UHGV virus genome: UHGV-0102636
Length of the DNA stretch: 39,539 bases
Reading direction: 5' to 3' (one strand)
DNA from: a virus
Shown: in pieces, positions 24,800 to 34,325 of the stretch
How positions within the stretch are numbered: the stretch's first letter is position 1
How the letters are laid out: every line of letters begins with the position of its first letter
The notes under the pieces: generated by a model
Seen by the model: only the letters and a program-made list of their open reading frames with translations
Database searches by the model: none
What the model was told of the DNA's origin: nothing
Made by a program: the position numbers and the translations under genes

Positions 24800-25939
24800 T
24801 TATGCACCCATTTCAAGTACTGCTACTTTTTGGTGTTCTGTCACTTTAGCATCAAATTCAAACCATGCAACCACACCTACAGCATGTTGTGTCGCATATT
24901 TTTCTTGTAATAATTGCATCTCAATGTTTTCTCTAAAGTTTACTGATAATGCGCTTAAGTCACCGTATACAATAGGTTTTGCTGAAGCCTCAATTTTTGG
25001 CATATTGTCTGATAAGAATACTGGTTTCCCAAGTAATCTATAAGGGAATTCACCTGTAATATCATCTTGAAGTAAGTATCTGTTATTACCATCTTTAAGT
25101 TTTTTAACTGCTGTGAATGTTTCACTATGCATAATCCAACATGCATTTCCTTGGAACGCTTGCTTCACTTGTGCTTGCATATCAATTAAATCATCGGCTG
25201 TAATTGCAGAATTTGAAGTAATAGTTTTCTTATTTGTTGTATTTGTAATACCTTGTGCTGCACTTGAACCTGTGCCTACTAGCAATTCTTTTTCTAAGAA
25301 CTCCGCAATTTTTTCAGCCATATGAGATACAATAAAACCTACAATATCTACATCAGCATTATTAATGACTGTTCTTCCCATAAGTGTAAGCGCACCTGCT
25401 AAATAACCAGCAAGATCAACACTTGTAAATTTCCCTGCATCTGCTGTAAGTTCTTCAAACTCTGTGTGATAGCTTACTGCAATATCATGTGTAGAGTTTG
25501 CTTTCCCCCATACTGGAATTTTAAGAGTTCCTTTAACATGATACATAGTTGCTCTTGATAAGATAGGGCAAATATCTTTTACTTCTTTAATGATACGCTG
25601 TGCGATTGTCACTGGGATAACTGCACCATTGTTTCCCATCGTAATATTTTGTTCACCTGAACGTGTTTCGGAAATTTGTCCACGCACATATTCTTCAAAT
25701 GCTCTTGTTTCTGCTTCTTCTGATGTTTCTTCTTGAGGTGCTTTGCGTTTTTCAAAGTCTTTTGATTCCTCTAGAACTGTAATGCTCTTATCAATACGAG
25801 CAAGTTCAGCTTTGATTTCATCCATACGTGTTAACTCTGCATCCTCAAAAGCTCTTGTTTCTTCCTCTGCTTTTGCTACAATAGCATCTCTTTCCTCTAA
25901 TAAAGTATTTCTTTTTTCAATTAATGTTTTAATTTTCAT
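24800..25939 (-). CDS. Major capsid protein, HK97 family
   Basis: Coiled-coil delta domain, GAVIP, LKDGNNRYL, LLGKPV, YGDLS. Confidence 0.95.
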   Translation of the reverse strand: MKIKTLIEKRNTLLEERDAIVAKAEEETRAFEDAELTRMDEIKAELARIDKSITVLEESKDFEKRKAPQEETSEEAETRAFEEYVRGQISETRSGEQNITMGNNGAVIPVTIAQRIIKEVKDICPILSRATMYHVKGTLKIPVWGKANSTHDIAVSYHTEFEELTADAGKFTSVDLAGYLAGALTLMGRTVINNADVDIVGFIVSHMAEKIAEFLEKELLVGTGSSAAQGITNTTNKKTITSNSAITADDLIDMQAQVKQAFQGNACWIMHSETFTAVKKLKDGNNRYLLQDDITGEFPYRLLGKPVFLSDNMPKIEASAKPIVYGDLSALSVNFRENIEMQLLQEKYATQHAVGVVAWFEFDAKVTEHQKVAVLEMGA

Positions 25940-25954
25940 AGGCTTTAGCCCTCC

Positions 25955-26530
25955 TTAAAATGAATATTTATATTTTGAGTAGTCCACTTTAGGTGGTTCT
26001 TCTTGGTTTTCTTGTGTTTCTACATGGTCCTGCACATCTTCTGTGCTTCTAATCTCTCTTATAGTAGCTTCATCGCCTCTAAGTTCTACCTGTGTACCAA
26101 AGTAGGCAGGTGTTTTACTTAAAAGACTAACCTCTGTCACTTTTAAGTCCTCTATGTAACGTCGTTCTAGTCCTTCTTTGACTGGTTCATAACGTTGTTT
26201 GTTTGCAAAAAAGCCAAAAGAAAACCCGGTAAGCTTATTATTTTTAGCGCAATCAATTACTTCTTCATCGGTAATTGTTGCCCTAATTTTTAAGCCAATA
26301 TTATCCTCCCATAACTCAACATTTTGCTTAGTTGACCCAAGTTCACGTTTTTTATCATGGTTAAATAACAGTTTTACTTCATCTTCCCTGTCTAATGCTC
26401 TTTGCCATACCCCAGCTTCAATCTGTTCAACAAACTTCCCTCGTCTGTCTGCAAGTTCTCTACTGTCACGACATACTGCATTAACATAGCCGTCAATTTC
26501 AATGCTATTTTCTCTAATCTGTACCCTCAT
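25955..26530 (-). CDS. HK97-family prohead protease
   Basis: FVEQI, LFNHD, EDNIGL, GFSFGF, EVSL..PAY. Confidence 0.93.
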   Translation of the reverse strand: MRVQIRENSIEIDGYVNAVCRDSRELADRRGKFVEQIEAGVWQRALDREDEVKLLFNHDKKRELGSTKQNVELWEDNIGLKIRATITDEEVIDCAKNNKLTGFSFGFFANKQRYEPVKEGLERRYIEDLKVTEVSLLSKTPAYFGTQVELRGDEATIREIRSTEDVQDHVETQENQEEPPKVDYSKYKYSF

Positions 26531-27710
26531 TTTTCTCACCTCCTTTCATATGGTCTACATTTACAGTCTGATTCGTATTAGGTGTGTAAACTTCTTTTGT
26601 CTTTGGATTATAAAGTACATCTGCAAGCCCTAATTTAACAAAATCAAGGTTAAGAGGTTCTAAGTCTTCCATATATCTAACATCATCAACTTGTAAAAAA
26701 CTATTTTTGATACCTATTTCATAAGCTTTATAGCGTTTTTCAATATCACCTTTTAATAACTCTTTAGTATCGACTGCAAAATAAAAGGCACTCTTCTCAT
26801 CCTCTAATAAAAGAGTCTGGTTAAGTGCCGCTTCTAAAGCATTAATTATTGGAATGATTGTTAGTTTTACAAAGTTCTGATACACATTTTCTGTAGCTGT
26901 TCCCTCTAAAACAGATAAAGGTACTTTCAATAGGCTACATATTTGATCCTTTATACTTTTAGACATTTCATCCATCTGCATTTCTACAGGTGTGTTTGCT
27001 AACTCCTTATATTCAAGTCCCTCATTAAGAATAATACAATTCTCTTTACTATCTTTACCATATAGATTGCTCCACGCAACTTTTAGGGAGTCTAGTGCTT
27101 CTGGTTTTAATTTATTATTGGCTTTAATAACACCTTTTTTGATTCCACCTGTTTCTACATTATTTCTCTGAAACTTAAGTAGTTTATAGGCCAGTGTAAT
27201 AATTTCCTTGTTTTCTGTTACAAGCCCATTCCCTTGTACGCCATCTTCACTATTTCTTGCTAAAGATATAAAATCATAATACCTATAACTTCCACCCATT
27301 ACATTAATTTTTACATCTTTATAAATAGGATCAGTAGTCGGTATCACTGAAATGTAATGATTGTCAATGTAATGTAAACTTCTCACATTATTTCTATGCC
27401 TATTTATATAAGCATATCCTGAACCATAAATAAGATAATCTAAAATAATATTGTACTTAAAGGTATACCCATCTAGTAAGTCCCCTGTATCATCATTTAG
27501 AAGGTTCACTCTTTTATCCTTAACTTCTATTACTTTATCTGATTCTTCTTTATACAGCTTAATTGGTAGCCCTGCTATAGTACCTGCTATTAAGTTTAAA
27601 CACCCATTGATATAGGGAACTTCTAATGCTGTTTGCTTAGTTATAATAGTTTGCCCAACCACTGCCTGTAAAAAATCAGCTTCAGCATATCGTCTTTTCC
27701 ATATAGCCAC
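26514..27710 (-). CDS. Portal protein, HK97 family
   Basis: IAGTIAGLPIKLY, ILNEGLEY, LKGDIEKRY; likely GTG at 27710. Confidence 0.93.
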   Translation of the reverse strand: MAIWKRRYAEADFLQAVVGQTIITKQTALEVPYINGCLNLIAGTIAGLPIKLYKEESDKVIEVKDKRVNLLNDDTGDLLDGYTFKYNIILDYLIYGSGYAYINRHRNNVRSLHYIDNHYISVIPTTDPIYKDVKINVMGGSYRYYDFISLARNSEDGVQGNGLVTENKEIITLAYKLLKFQRNNVETGGIKKGVIKANNKLKPEALDSLKVAWSNLYGKDSKENCIILNEGLEYKELANTPVEMQMDEMSKSIKDQICSLLKVPLSVLEGTATENVYQNFVKLTIIPIINALEAALNQTLLLEDEKSAFYFAVDTKELLKGDIEKRYKAYEIGIKNSFLQVDDVRYMEDLEPLNLDFVKLGLADVLYNPKTKEVYTPNTNQTVNVDHMKGGEKNEGTD

Positions 27711-27799
27711 ATTTCCACCTCCTTTCATGAAATAAGGCACTAGTAGTAGAATTACTTTATACTTCCTCTGTATATTTCATTCTATAGATTTACTAGTGC

Positions 27800-29455
27800 C
27801 TATATTGTTTGTACTACAAAATCGTTGTCTGATTTATAGCATTCACTAAAAGCAAATACTGCTGCCGCAATTAAATCGATACGTTGCTTATTTTTATTTG
27901 CTTTATCTAATGCTTCATTCTCATTTCTATCTTTTCTTGTAACTGCATTAGATACATTCCATTCTAAAAGCTTAGACTTTTCATAATGTATATTACCTTT
28001 ATAAACTTCATTCCTAAATTCTTTTGTAGGTGGAGATAAGTTTGGATATGTTTGCTTCAACTCTATAACTTCATAGTCTTCTGCCAAAGATAGCATCATT
28101 TGTGTGCCATTGTATGGATCGCATACTATACATTTAATCGTACATTTAAAGTCATCCTCTATTTGTCTGATAAAGCTTTCTACATAGTTGTAATCTACAA
28201 TATCTCCTTCTGTTATGACGCATTCTCCTCTATCTTGTGCAGCTCTATAGTCAAATTTCTCTCGCCTACGTTTTAAACTCTCCTCTGGCAGGATACCTAT
28301 TGCTTTAAGATAGTATTTATCATTTTCCTTATACATCATATCTACAGCTGTTAAGTCAGTAGTAAGAGATAAGTCTAGAGATACCACAACTTCTTTACCT
28401 TTAAAGTCTATTTCTTCTACTGCTCCCTTTTTAAAGGTATTTAAATCCAAATAGGCTTCTTCTTCATTATTGGATAGCCATTGATTAAGAATTTTTATTC
28501 TAAATTCTCTCATAGCACTTGGTATGGTTAGCCCCTTTTGGAACTCTCCCCTTAGAAACTCTATCCCATTATCCATTGTCATTTGAAGAGGTGATGCTTT
28601 AATCCAGTTCTTTTCATCTCTATAGTCGTCTTTTTCATCAAGCTCAAACAATAGTGACAGTGTATTTTCTGCTTTAATTTTCCCTAACAACACATCTTTA
28701 TGATACTGAATCATATCTTTAAAAATATTTACCTCTAAGTCATATGCCGTTGAAATATAAATGGCAAGTCGAGTTTTTGTACTCATCTGAGACAACTTTA
28801 AAGCTCCAACTACATCGCCAGTTTCTTGATTGCCTACCTCATCTACAATATAAGTTGAAAGTAAAAGTCCATTAATATTGTTTGCTTCTCCTGAAAGTGC
28901 CTTGGAAGTAGCGTTATTAATCGTACATGTAATAAGTTCTCTGGTAATCTTGAAGTATTTCTTGATTGCAGGACTTGCAAGTATTAATTCCTTCATACTT
29001 TCTTTAACAAGTCTTGAAATATCTCTTGTTTTCCCTGCTATAGCATGTTGAGCAAATTTAGGACTTCTAAGCATAATGATTATCTCAATTAATGCACATA
29101 TAAAGCTTTTAGCTGATTTCCTGCCTATTTCAAGCAATAGTTCTTCTACAAGTCTTCCATAATCATTATCTTTACTTTTCCAACAGAATATATTTTCCAA
29201 AATAAAAAACTGAAATCCTGCAAGGTGCTCATAGACTGCTTCACCTGCATAAAATCCAGTTGCATAATTAATTAATTTACAGAACCCATATATAATACTG
29301 CATTCTTTTTCATCAAAATAATACCTAAATTCATCTGTATATTGAAGTTCTTCAATCCTTTTTATGTACCTCTCACACTCTAGCTTAACCCACTTATCAG
29401 CTACAAACTTTCCATCTGCTACATCTTTTGCCCATTCTAACCCATGTAATATCAT
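27800..29455 (-). CDS. terL: Terminase large subunit
   Basis: GRKSAKS Walker A, YIVDE Walker B, LDLSLTTDLTA, CDPYN, RIDLIAA. Confidence 0.95.
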   Translation of the reverse strand: MILHGLEWAKDVADGKFVADKWVKLECERYIKRIEELQYTDEFRYYFDEKECSIIYGFCKLINYATGFYAGEAVYEHLAGFQFFILENIFCWKSKDNDYGRLVEELLLEIGRKSAKSFICALIEIIIMLRSPKFAQHAIAGKTRDISRLVKESMKELILASPAIKKYFKITRELITCTINNATSKALSGEANNINGLLLSTYIVDEVGNQETGDVVGALKLSQMSTKTRLAIYISTAYDLEVNIFKDMIQYHKDVLLGKIKAENTLSLLFELDEKDDYRDEKNWIKASPLQMTMDNGIEFLRGEFQKGLTIPSAMREFRIKILNQWLSNNEEEAYLDLNTFKKGAVEEIDFKGKEVVVSLDLSLTTDLTAVDMMYKENDKYYLKAIGILPEESLKRRREKFDYRAAQDRGECVITEGDIVDYNYVESFIRQIEDDFKCTIKCIVCDPYNGTQMMLSLAEDYEVIELKQTYPNLSPPTKEFRNEVYKGNIHYEKSKLLEWNVSNAVTRKDRNENEALDKANKNKQRIDLIAAAVFAFSECYKSDNDFVVQTI

Positions 29456-29916
29456 GTTGTATCACCACCATTAAGTAATTGTAATAATGGGTCCTCTGCA
29501 TTTTGTTGTGCAATCATGTTTATATTAGCAAGCTTAGCCCTACTTTGTGGCGATAGACTTAACTCATTACAACATCTTAAGAAATCTTTGGTGTAAGTCT
29601 CCTTTATTTTCATAATATCTTTATTAGCCATAAGAGAAGGTTTTAAATTAATTTTCTTTTCAACCTCTTCTAGCCTATCTATTGCTATTACGCACGTAGT
29701 CAATATGAAAGTATCTAATGCTCCAAGTAAACCTGCTTCTTCTAAGTTGTTCACTATAAAACAAAATAATTCCAATTGTCTTTGGCTTAGATAATCAGGT
29801 GGCATAATGTCACCTTTCCCTTTAAGTTTTTCTTCTTGATCTATCCTCTCATTAGTTTCTGATTTAGTTTGAGAAGATTCTGTAAGTACCTTTGCACTTT
29901 TACATGGTCTGGCCAT
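29452..29916 (-). CDS. terS: Terminase small subunit, P27 family
   Basis: MARP, PPDYLS, ELSLSPQSRAKL. Confidence 0.9.
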   Translation of the reverse strand: MARPCKSAKVLTESSQTKSETNERIDQEEKLKGKGDIMPPDYLSQRQLELFCFIVNNLEEAGLLGALDTFILTTCVIAIDRLEEVEKKINLKPSLMANKDIMKIKETYTKDFLRCCNELSLSPQSRAKLANINMIAQQNAEDPLLQLLNGGDTT

Positions 29917-29944
29917 TTTCTCACCACCTTTTAAAAGATATTTT

Positions 29945-30040
29945 AAAATTTCATTTTACAGATTTTTTGTAACCGTGACTGCCCTAAGTGGTTCCCAAAG
30001 GTTACCTAAAAATCTTTCCCATACTCCGGGGGGATTGTTA
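29945..30040. other. Putative cos packaging region
   Basis: GC-richer segment between HNH and terS, the usual cos position in HK97/P27-type phages; cut site not determined. Confidence 0.5.
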
Positions 30041-30386
30041 GCTCTCCACCATGAACATCCATATTGTCATGGCACTCTTCGCACAATGGAATTAAATTTC
30101 TATCATCAAGTCTCTTTTCAAAGTCTACACTCAAAGGAATAATATGATGTACTTCATCAGCTACTCTATTAATTCCATTATGTTTGCATAATTGACATTG
30201 GTAGTGATAGTCTTTCATAATCTGTTTAGCTTTTATTTTCCACCACTTTGAGTTCCTAAATCTTTTAATTGCTTCATCCTTGTACTGTTCACGCATCTTA
30301 TTCCACTCTGTTTGGCACTTGTCGCATCTCTTTGTTCTATATGGTATTTTCTCACCACAATTACAACACTTTGTATATAAAGCCAT
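30006..30386 (-). CDS. HNH endonuclease (terminase cofactor type)
   Basis: CQLC..EVHHIIPL..NLIPLCEECH; directly upstream of terS. Confidence 0.92.
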   Translation of the reverse strand: MALYTKCCNCGEKIPYRTKRCDKCQTEWNKMREQYKDEAIKRFRNSKWWKIKAKQIMKDYHYQCQLCKHNGINRVADEVHHIIPLSVDFEKRLDDRNLIPLCEECHDNMDVHGGELTIPPEYGKDF

Positions 30387-30979
30387 TAGAATACATCATT
30401 CCTTTCAGATTCCTTCACCTTAAGTTCTAGCATCTTCTTATCATTTTCTACTTTGTGAGGATTGTCTTTCCACTCTCCCTTGTTCCTGTTAGTTAACCAG
30501 AATTTCTGTGCTGCTACATCTGCTGGTGAATGCTTCTTAAGTTTAACTACCTCTACCCTCTCATTGGAACATGCCCTTCCTTCATCGTCATAATATGTTT
30601 CTTTAAGCTTTATTTCTTTCTCTTCTGTGTAGTTGTATCCTATAGCTTTCATGTATAATGCTTGCTCAACTTTAGAGTTTGCTTCTTGCCTTTTTATCTT
30701 GCCTATTGCTAGAGTTTCAGAAAGTGCCGAATAGGCCTTTTTATACTCTCTAAAAGTGGAATAAGCAAGCCCTAACATGGCTGAAATTTCTTTTTCACTT
30801 AACCCTTGTATAGTCCACAACTCAATATCATCAAGCCTTTTCTCAACTTCTGTCCATTTATTACTAGCTATCTTAATCACCTCTTTTCTTGTCGGCACTT
30901 TCGGCACTACCTTATTTTTTAATGTGAATCTAGCTATTTTTTTACCATCATACTTTTTATGTTTTATAATCTCAATCAT
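30386..30979 (-). CDS. HTH protein resembling a small terminase subunit
   Basis: GLSEKEISAMLGLAYSTF HTH, VEQALYMKAIG, ADVAAQKFWLTNR. Confidence 0.7.
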   Translation of the reverse strand: MIEIIKHKKYDGKKIARFTLKNKVVPKVPTRKEVIKIASNKWTEVEKRLDDIELWTIQGLSEKEISAMLGLAYSTFREYKKAYSALSETLAIGKIKRQEANSKVEQALYMKAIGYNYTEEKEIKLKETYYDDEGRACSNERVEVVKLKKHSPADVAAQKFWLTNRNKGEWKDNPHKVENDKKMLELKVKESERNDVF

Positions 30980-31032
30980 TTATGAGCCTTTGATAATCAA
31001 TGCTTTCAACCTATTTTTTATCAATATTGCTT

Positions 31033-31060
31033 AGTTGACTTAATACACATACTGTTAACT
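31033..31060. other. Xer/lox-like 11-6-11 recombination site candidate
   Basis: AGTTGACTTAA-TACACA-TACTGTTAACT downstream of the tyrosine recombinase. Confidence 0.5.
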
Positions 31061-31162
31061 ATTTTTTATTTTTTCACTATAATAGAAGAAACTCATACTT
31101 TTCATTTCTTAGTTTACATTACCTAATTAAGTTTATTAATTGCCAAAATAAAAAAGTTCTTA

Positions 31163-31717
31163 CTATATAAAGGAAATTTTCTTAAGCACATCGTTTATGT
31201 CATCTCTCGTTACGCCAATATACCTCTTTGTGTAATTAATATCATCATGATTAAGTATGAGCATAATTTTATATGGGTCTACTCCATTTTGGTATAACCA
31301 ATACCCTAAAGATTTTCTTAAACTATGACAGCCTATCTTTTCCTCGTATCCGATTTTCTTTGCTGCATCATTCAATATCTTCCAGTACCGCTGTCTACTT
31401 ATATGTTCATTAGCTTTGCCTCTTGAACGTCTAAATAAATACTCATAATCACGCTTACCTTTACAATACTGTTTTAATATCTTCTTTAGGTCCTTATTAA
31501 TATTTAATGTTATTTCTTTATTTTTCTTAGCTTCTCTAAAATAAATAAAGTCTTTATCTCTTACATCTTTTACTTTTAGTGGCAATAAGTCTGATATTCT
31601 TCTGCCAAGATACAATCCACACATGAATAATACATAATCACGCTCATTATTTTCTTTCAATACTTCTGCAAGCTCTTGAATTAGGTCTCGATTTCTAATA
31701 GGCTCTACTGAATTCAT
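31163..31717 (-). CDS. Short tyrosine recombinase (probable multimer resolvase)
   Basis: GRRISD, HSLRK, LNH, RYIG catalytic residues; no N-terminal arm-binding domain. Confidence 0.92.
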   Translation of the reverse strand: MNSVEPIRNRDLIQELAEVLKENNERDYVLFMCGLYLGRRISDLLPLKVKDVRDKDFIYFREAKKNKEITLNINKDLKKILKQYCKGKRDYEYLFRRSRGKANEHISRQRYWKILNDAAKKIGYEEKIGCHSLRKSLGYWLYQNGVDPYKIMLILNHDDINYTKRYIGVTRDDINDVLKKISFI

Positions 31718-31750
31718 TCTTATCACCACCTCTCTTTTATATTTATACAA

Positions 31751-31790
31751 CAAAAAAGAACCCTTCGAAGACTAAAGGATTCTTTTTTTG
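31751..31790. terminator. Bidirectional-type terminator
   Basis: CAAAAAAGAACCCTT...AAGGATTCTTTTTTTG. Confidence 0.65.
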
Positions 31791-31992
31791 TTAGGGAGTT
31801 TAATATTTGCCGTTACTCAATCGATAGTTGTGTAATGTAATCTTTGAGTTTTACCAAAGTTTAGATATTTTATGTTTGCCTACCTACTTGATTCGACCCA
31901 CTGATGAAAAATCAAGTAACTGGTTATAGCCATTTGCTATAATTTTGTTAGGTCTCTTGTGGTTAATCCGTTCGCTGATTAAGCACAATATA

Positions 31993-32064
31993 ATAGTACC
32001 ATATCATTTCGGTAAAAAACCCCAACTTTTACCCAACTTTTACCCAACTTTTTCCCAACTTTTT
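31993..32064 (-). promoter_or_regulatory. Late promoter with four 11-bp activator-binding repeats
   Basis: CCCAACTTTT(A/T) x4 at 32021, 32032, 32043 and 32054; extended -10 TGgTACTAT at 32001-31993. Confidence 0.75.
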
Positions 32065-32504
32065 TTATTTAGGAAGTTTGCTAATGAAGAAATAATTAAT
32101 GCATTATTCTTTCTAATAGCTTCTTCGCATAGGTTCATCTTATAGGCTATCATTTTACATCTTATCTTCCTAAAATACTTAAGTTCTACAAGTTCTCTTT
32201 CATCATCTCTTAATATAGTTAGCATATTTTCCACTCTTTTTACTTGTATTTCCTTAAGTGTTTTTGCTCTCTTGAGTTCACTTATCTTCTTGTCTCTAGA
32301 AATAACCTCATTTTCTACTGAACTTGAAAAAGCATTAGTAGGTGTAGATGGTTTTCCATTATCTCCAGCACCTTTAAGTACTGTATAGTCATTTTCTAAT
32401 GTGTCTATATCTAATTCTATATCTACCACTTCTGCCTTTAATGTATTGTAATTGTACAGCATAGCTTCAATTTGTTTTCCTGTAACTTCTCTAGTTTTAG
32501 TCAT
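32040..32504 (-). CDS. ArpU/RinA-family late transcriptional activator
   Basis: IEAMLYNY, SSVENEV, ERELVELKYF plus C-terminal HTH; end of the early region. Confidence 0.85.
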   Translation of the reverse strand: MTKTREVTGKQIEAMLYNYNTLKAEVVDIELDIDTLENDYTVLKGAGDNGKPSTPTNAFSSSVENEVISRDKKISELKRAKTLKEIQVKRVENMLTILRDDERELVELKYFRKIRCKMIAYKMNLCEEAIRKNNALIISSLANFLNKKSWEKVG

Positions 32505-32508
32505 TAGG

Positions 32509-32853
32509 TCATTCCCCCTTTAATCTATTAGGTATATTCTGCATTTCTGGGTTAACTTCCTCATGGTATAGTGCATATGCAATATTCCAAAATGCCGCTC
32601 TCAAATGTGGTTCATCTTTAAAACCCATCATGTACTTGCTAAGATGTCTGAATGCACTATCCAACAAACTGCTAAGAGGTATGCCCTTCTCACAATTACG
32701 CTCTCCATATTTTAATGCCCCAGCTTCACAATGCAATGCAAGTTGGTGTATCGCTTCCCAAGGTATTAGATCATAACGACCTTTACCTTCTTGCATGTCT
32801 CTTACTGCACCTGTTTCAAATTCTCTTCTTTCTCCGCTATCTTTTATAGTCAT
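32509..32853 (-). CDS. dATP/dGTP diphosphohydrolase-domain protein (DUF5664-like)
   Basis: REFETGAVRD..GKGRYDLIP, GALKYGERN, DSAFRHL, DEPHLRAAFWNI. Confidence 0.85.
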   Translation of the reverse strand: MTIKDSGERREFETGAVRDMQEGKGRYDLIPWEAIHQLALHCEAGALKYGERNCEKGIPLSSLLDSAFRHLSKYMMGFKDEPHLRAAFWNIAYALYHEEVNPEMQNIPNRLKGE

Positions 32854-33001
32854 TATGTAATCCCCTTTATCCTTTACTTGTACTTTCTATATGCATAATT
32901 TAACTCATATTCAATTTTCTTTTGTTAAGCTATATGTTTATATGCCTAATGCAGTAAAACCGTTTTAAAGCTAAATTATGTATTATTTTGTTTTAATCTA
33001 C

Positions 33002-33220
33002 TCAAAAGTAATTTTTATTGACTACTTTCAATACAACTAAATCAACTTCTACAACCTCATACATTTCATTACATCTTCTTTTTTTGAATGAAAAAAACGC
33101 TTGTTCTTCATCAGCAAAAAGTACTGCTTGTTCACGTGATAATCTTTGCTTGGGTGGACTATAATTATAGTCCGTTCCAAATACCCACTCCCCTGTAGTC
33201 TTATTTATTATGGCGTACAT
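33002..33220 (-). CDS. Hypothetical protein
   Basis: 72 aa, SD AGAGGTGA. Confidence 0.7.
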   Translation of the reverse strand: MYAIINKTTGEWVFGTDYNYSPPKQRLSREQAVLFADEEQAFFSFKKRRCNEMYEVVEVDLVVLKVVNKNYF

Positions 33221-33245
33221 CTTATCACCTCTTTAAAAACATTTT

Positions 33246-33491
33246 TCACTGCATCCGGTCTCTGAAGTTTTTATTAACTTCTTCCACTCTCTTTTTCATT
33301 TCTTCAAACGCTCTTCTCCTTCTAGCTATTTCTTTCTTTGTTCTAATAGTTTCAGCAATACCTATTATCCAGGCAAACGGCATCATAACAATTCCAAGTA
33401 CAATTGCTACTACCAACATCCCCACTAAGAATATTACTGGCATAAGTGCAATTGCAGCTATTACAGCTATAATTCCTCCTACTATTTCCAT
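33246..33491 (-). CDS. Small membrane protein
   Basis: Long hydrophobic N-terminus, basic tail, SD GGGAGGT. Confidence 0.75.
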   Translation of the reverse strand: MEIVGGIIAVIAAIALMPVIFLVGMLVVAIVLGIVMMPFAWIIGIAETIRTKKEIARRRRAFEEMKKRVEEVNKNFRDRMQ

Positions 33492-33521
33492 GCTTTACCT
33501 CCCAAAAACTAATTTTATTGA

Positions 33522-34325
33522 CTACTCTTCAAACATACTGCACTGATTTTCTAGTGGCTTTTCTTTATTCTTACCTAACCACCACGCCATAACATCTTCA
33601 CCGTTCTTCCACTCACATCTATCCTTATCATCAAGATTTTCTAACATACGATCAAATGCTCTCACATAGTTCTCCTTGTATTTAGGGTACATCTCAAACT
33701 CTTTCTCCTGGTTGCTGCTTAAAGGGCATCCTACACATCCTAATCTAGTGAATCCTTGATCGTACAATTCACAGTATGGTATATTGTTAGTCTTTAAAAA
33801 CTCCCACACATCTTCATCCGTCCAGTCAATAATGGGACTTATACAAGTTTTACCTTTCCAGAATGACACCATGGATCTTTTACTTCTTCCTTTGCTCTCG
33901 GCCCATCTCACGCCAAGTAATACAGTATCTCCTACGTTACCTACGTTTTCTTTTAACTCATCGCAACAATATCTTAGTAGTCGTGTGGGTGGTGTTTTTC
34001 TGCTTGCTATTAAGTTAAATATTGTCTTAGGTCTTCCTATAAATCTTCCTTTGGCTTGCCTATTATTAAATGTATTGCACTTTCTCTCAATAACATCTGG
34101 ATAGTATTTTCTTCTAAATCTTATTAACTCAGGTGGATCAGGTGTAGGTGCTGCTTCAGCCCTAAATTTAACCCCTGCCATCTTGGCTAAGTGATATACC
34201 ACTTGACTATCCTTACCACCACTAAAAGCTAATAAATAGCCTGCTGGTGGCTCAAACTCTTTTAATCGCTGCACTGCTATATCAACTTTATTTCTTTCAC
34301 CAAATAACGTATTTTCTATTAACAT
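33522..34325 (-). CDS. PAPS-reductase-family (PP-loop, Fe-S) protein
   Basis: AFSGGKDS, YCCDELKE, GVRWAES, RLGCVGCP. Confidence 0.9.
   Translation of the reverse strand: MLIENTLFGERNKVDIAVQRLKEFEPPAGYLLAFSGGKDSQVVYHLAKMAGVKFRAEAAPTPDPPELIRFRRKYYPDVIERKCNTFNNRQAKGRFIGRPKTIFNLIASRKTPPTRLLRYCCDELKENVGNVGDTVLLGVRWAESKGRSKRSMVSFWKGKTCISPIIDWTDEDVWEFLKTNNIPYCELYDQGFTRLGCVGCPLSSNQEKEFEMYPKYKENYVRAFDRMLENLDDKDRCEWKNGEDVMAWWLGKNKEKPLENQCSMFEE

Noticed and set aside
31163..31753. Tyrosine recombinase as the prophage integrase
   Set aside because: Catalytic domain only, located in the late region away from the repressor, with no att-flanked host DNA; a resolvase role fits better.
31885..31945. CTGATGA hammerhead core and TTCGA tRNA-like loop
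   Set aside because: No stem II followed by GAAA, and no cloverleaf or acceptor stem could be built.
32021..32064. Tandem repeats here, at 1-55 and at 3150-3240 as CRISPR arrays
   Set aside because: Units are 10-15 bp without spacer-length unique inserts; no cas genes.
32509..32853. Z-base (diaminopurine) genome
   Set aside because: No PurZ or dedicated polymerase is seen in an apparently complete genome.
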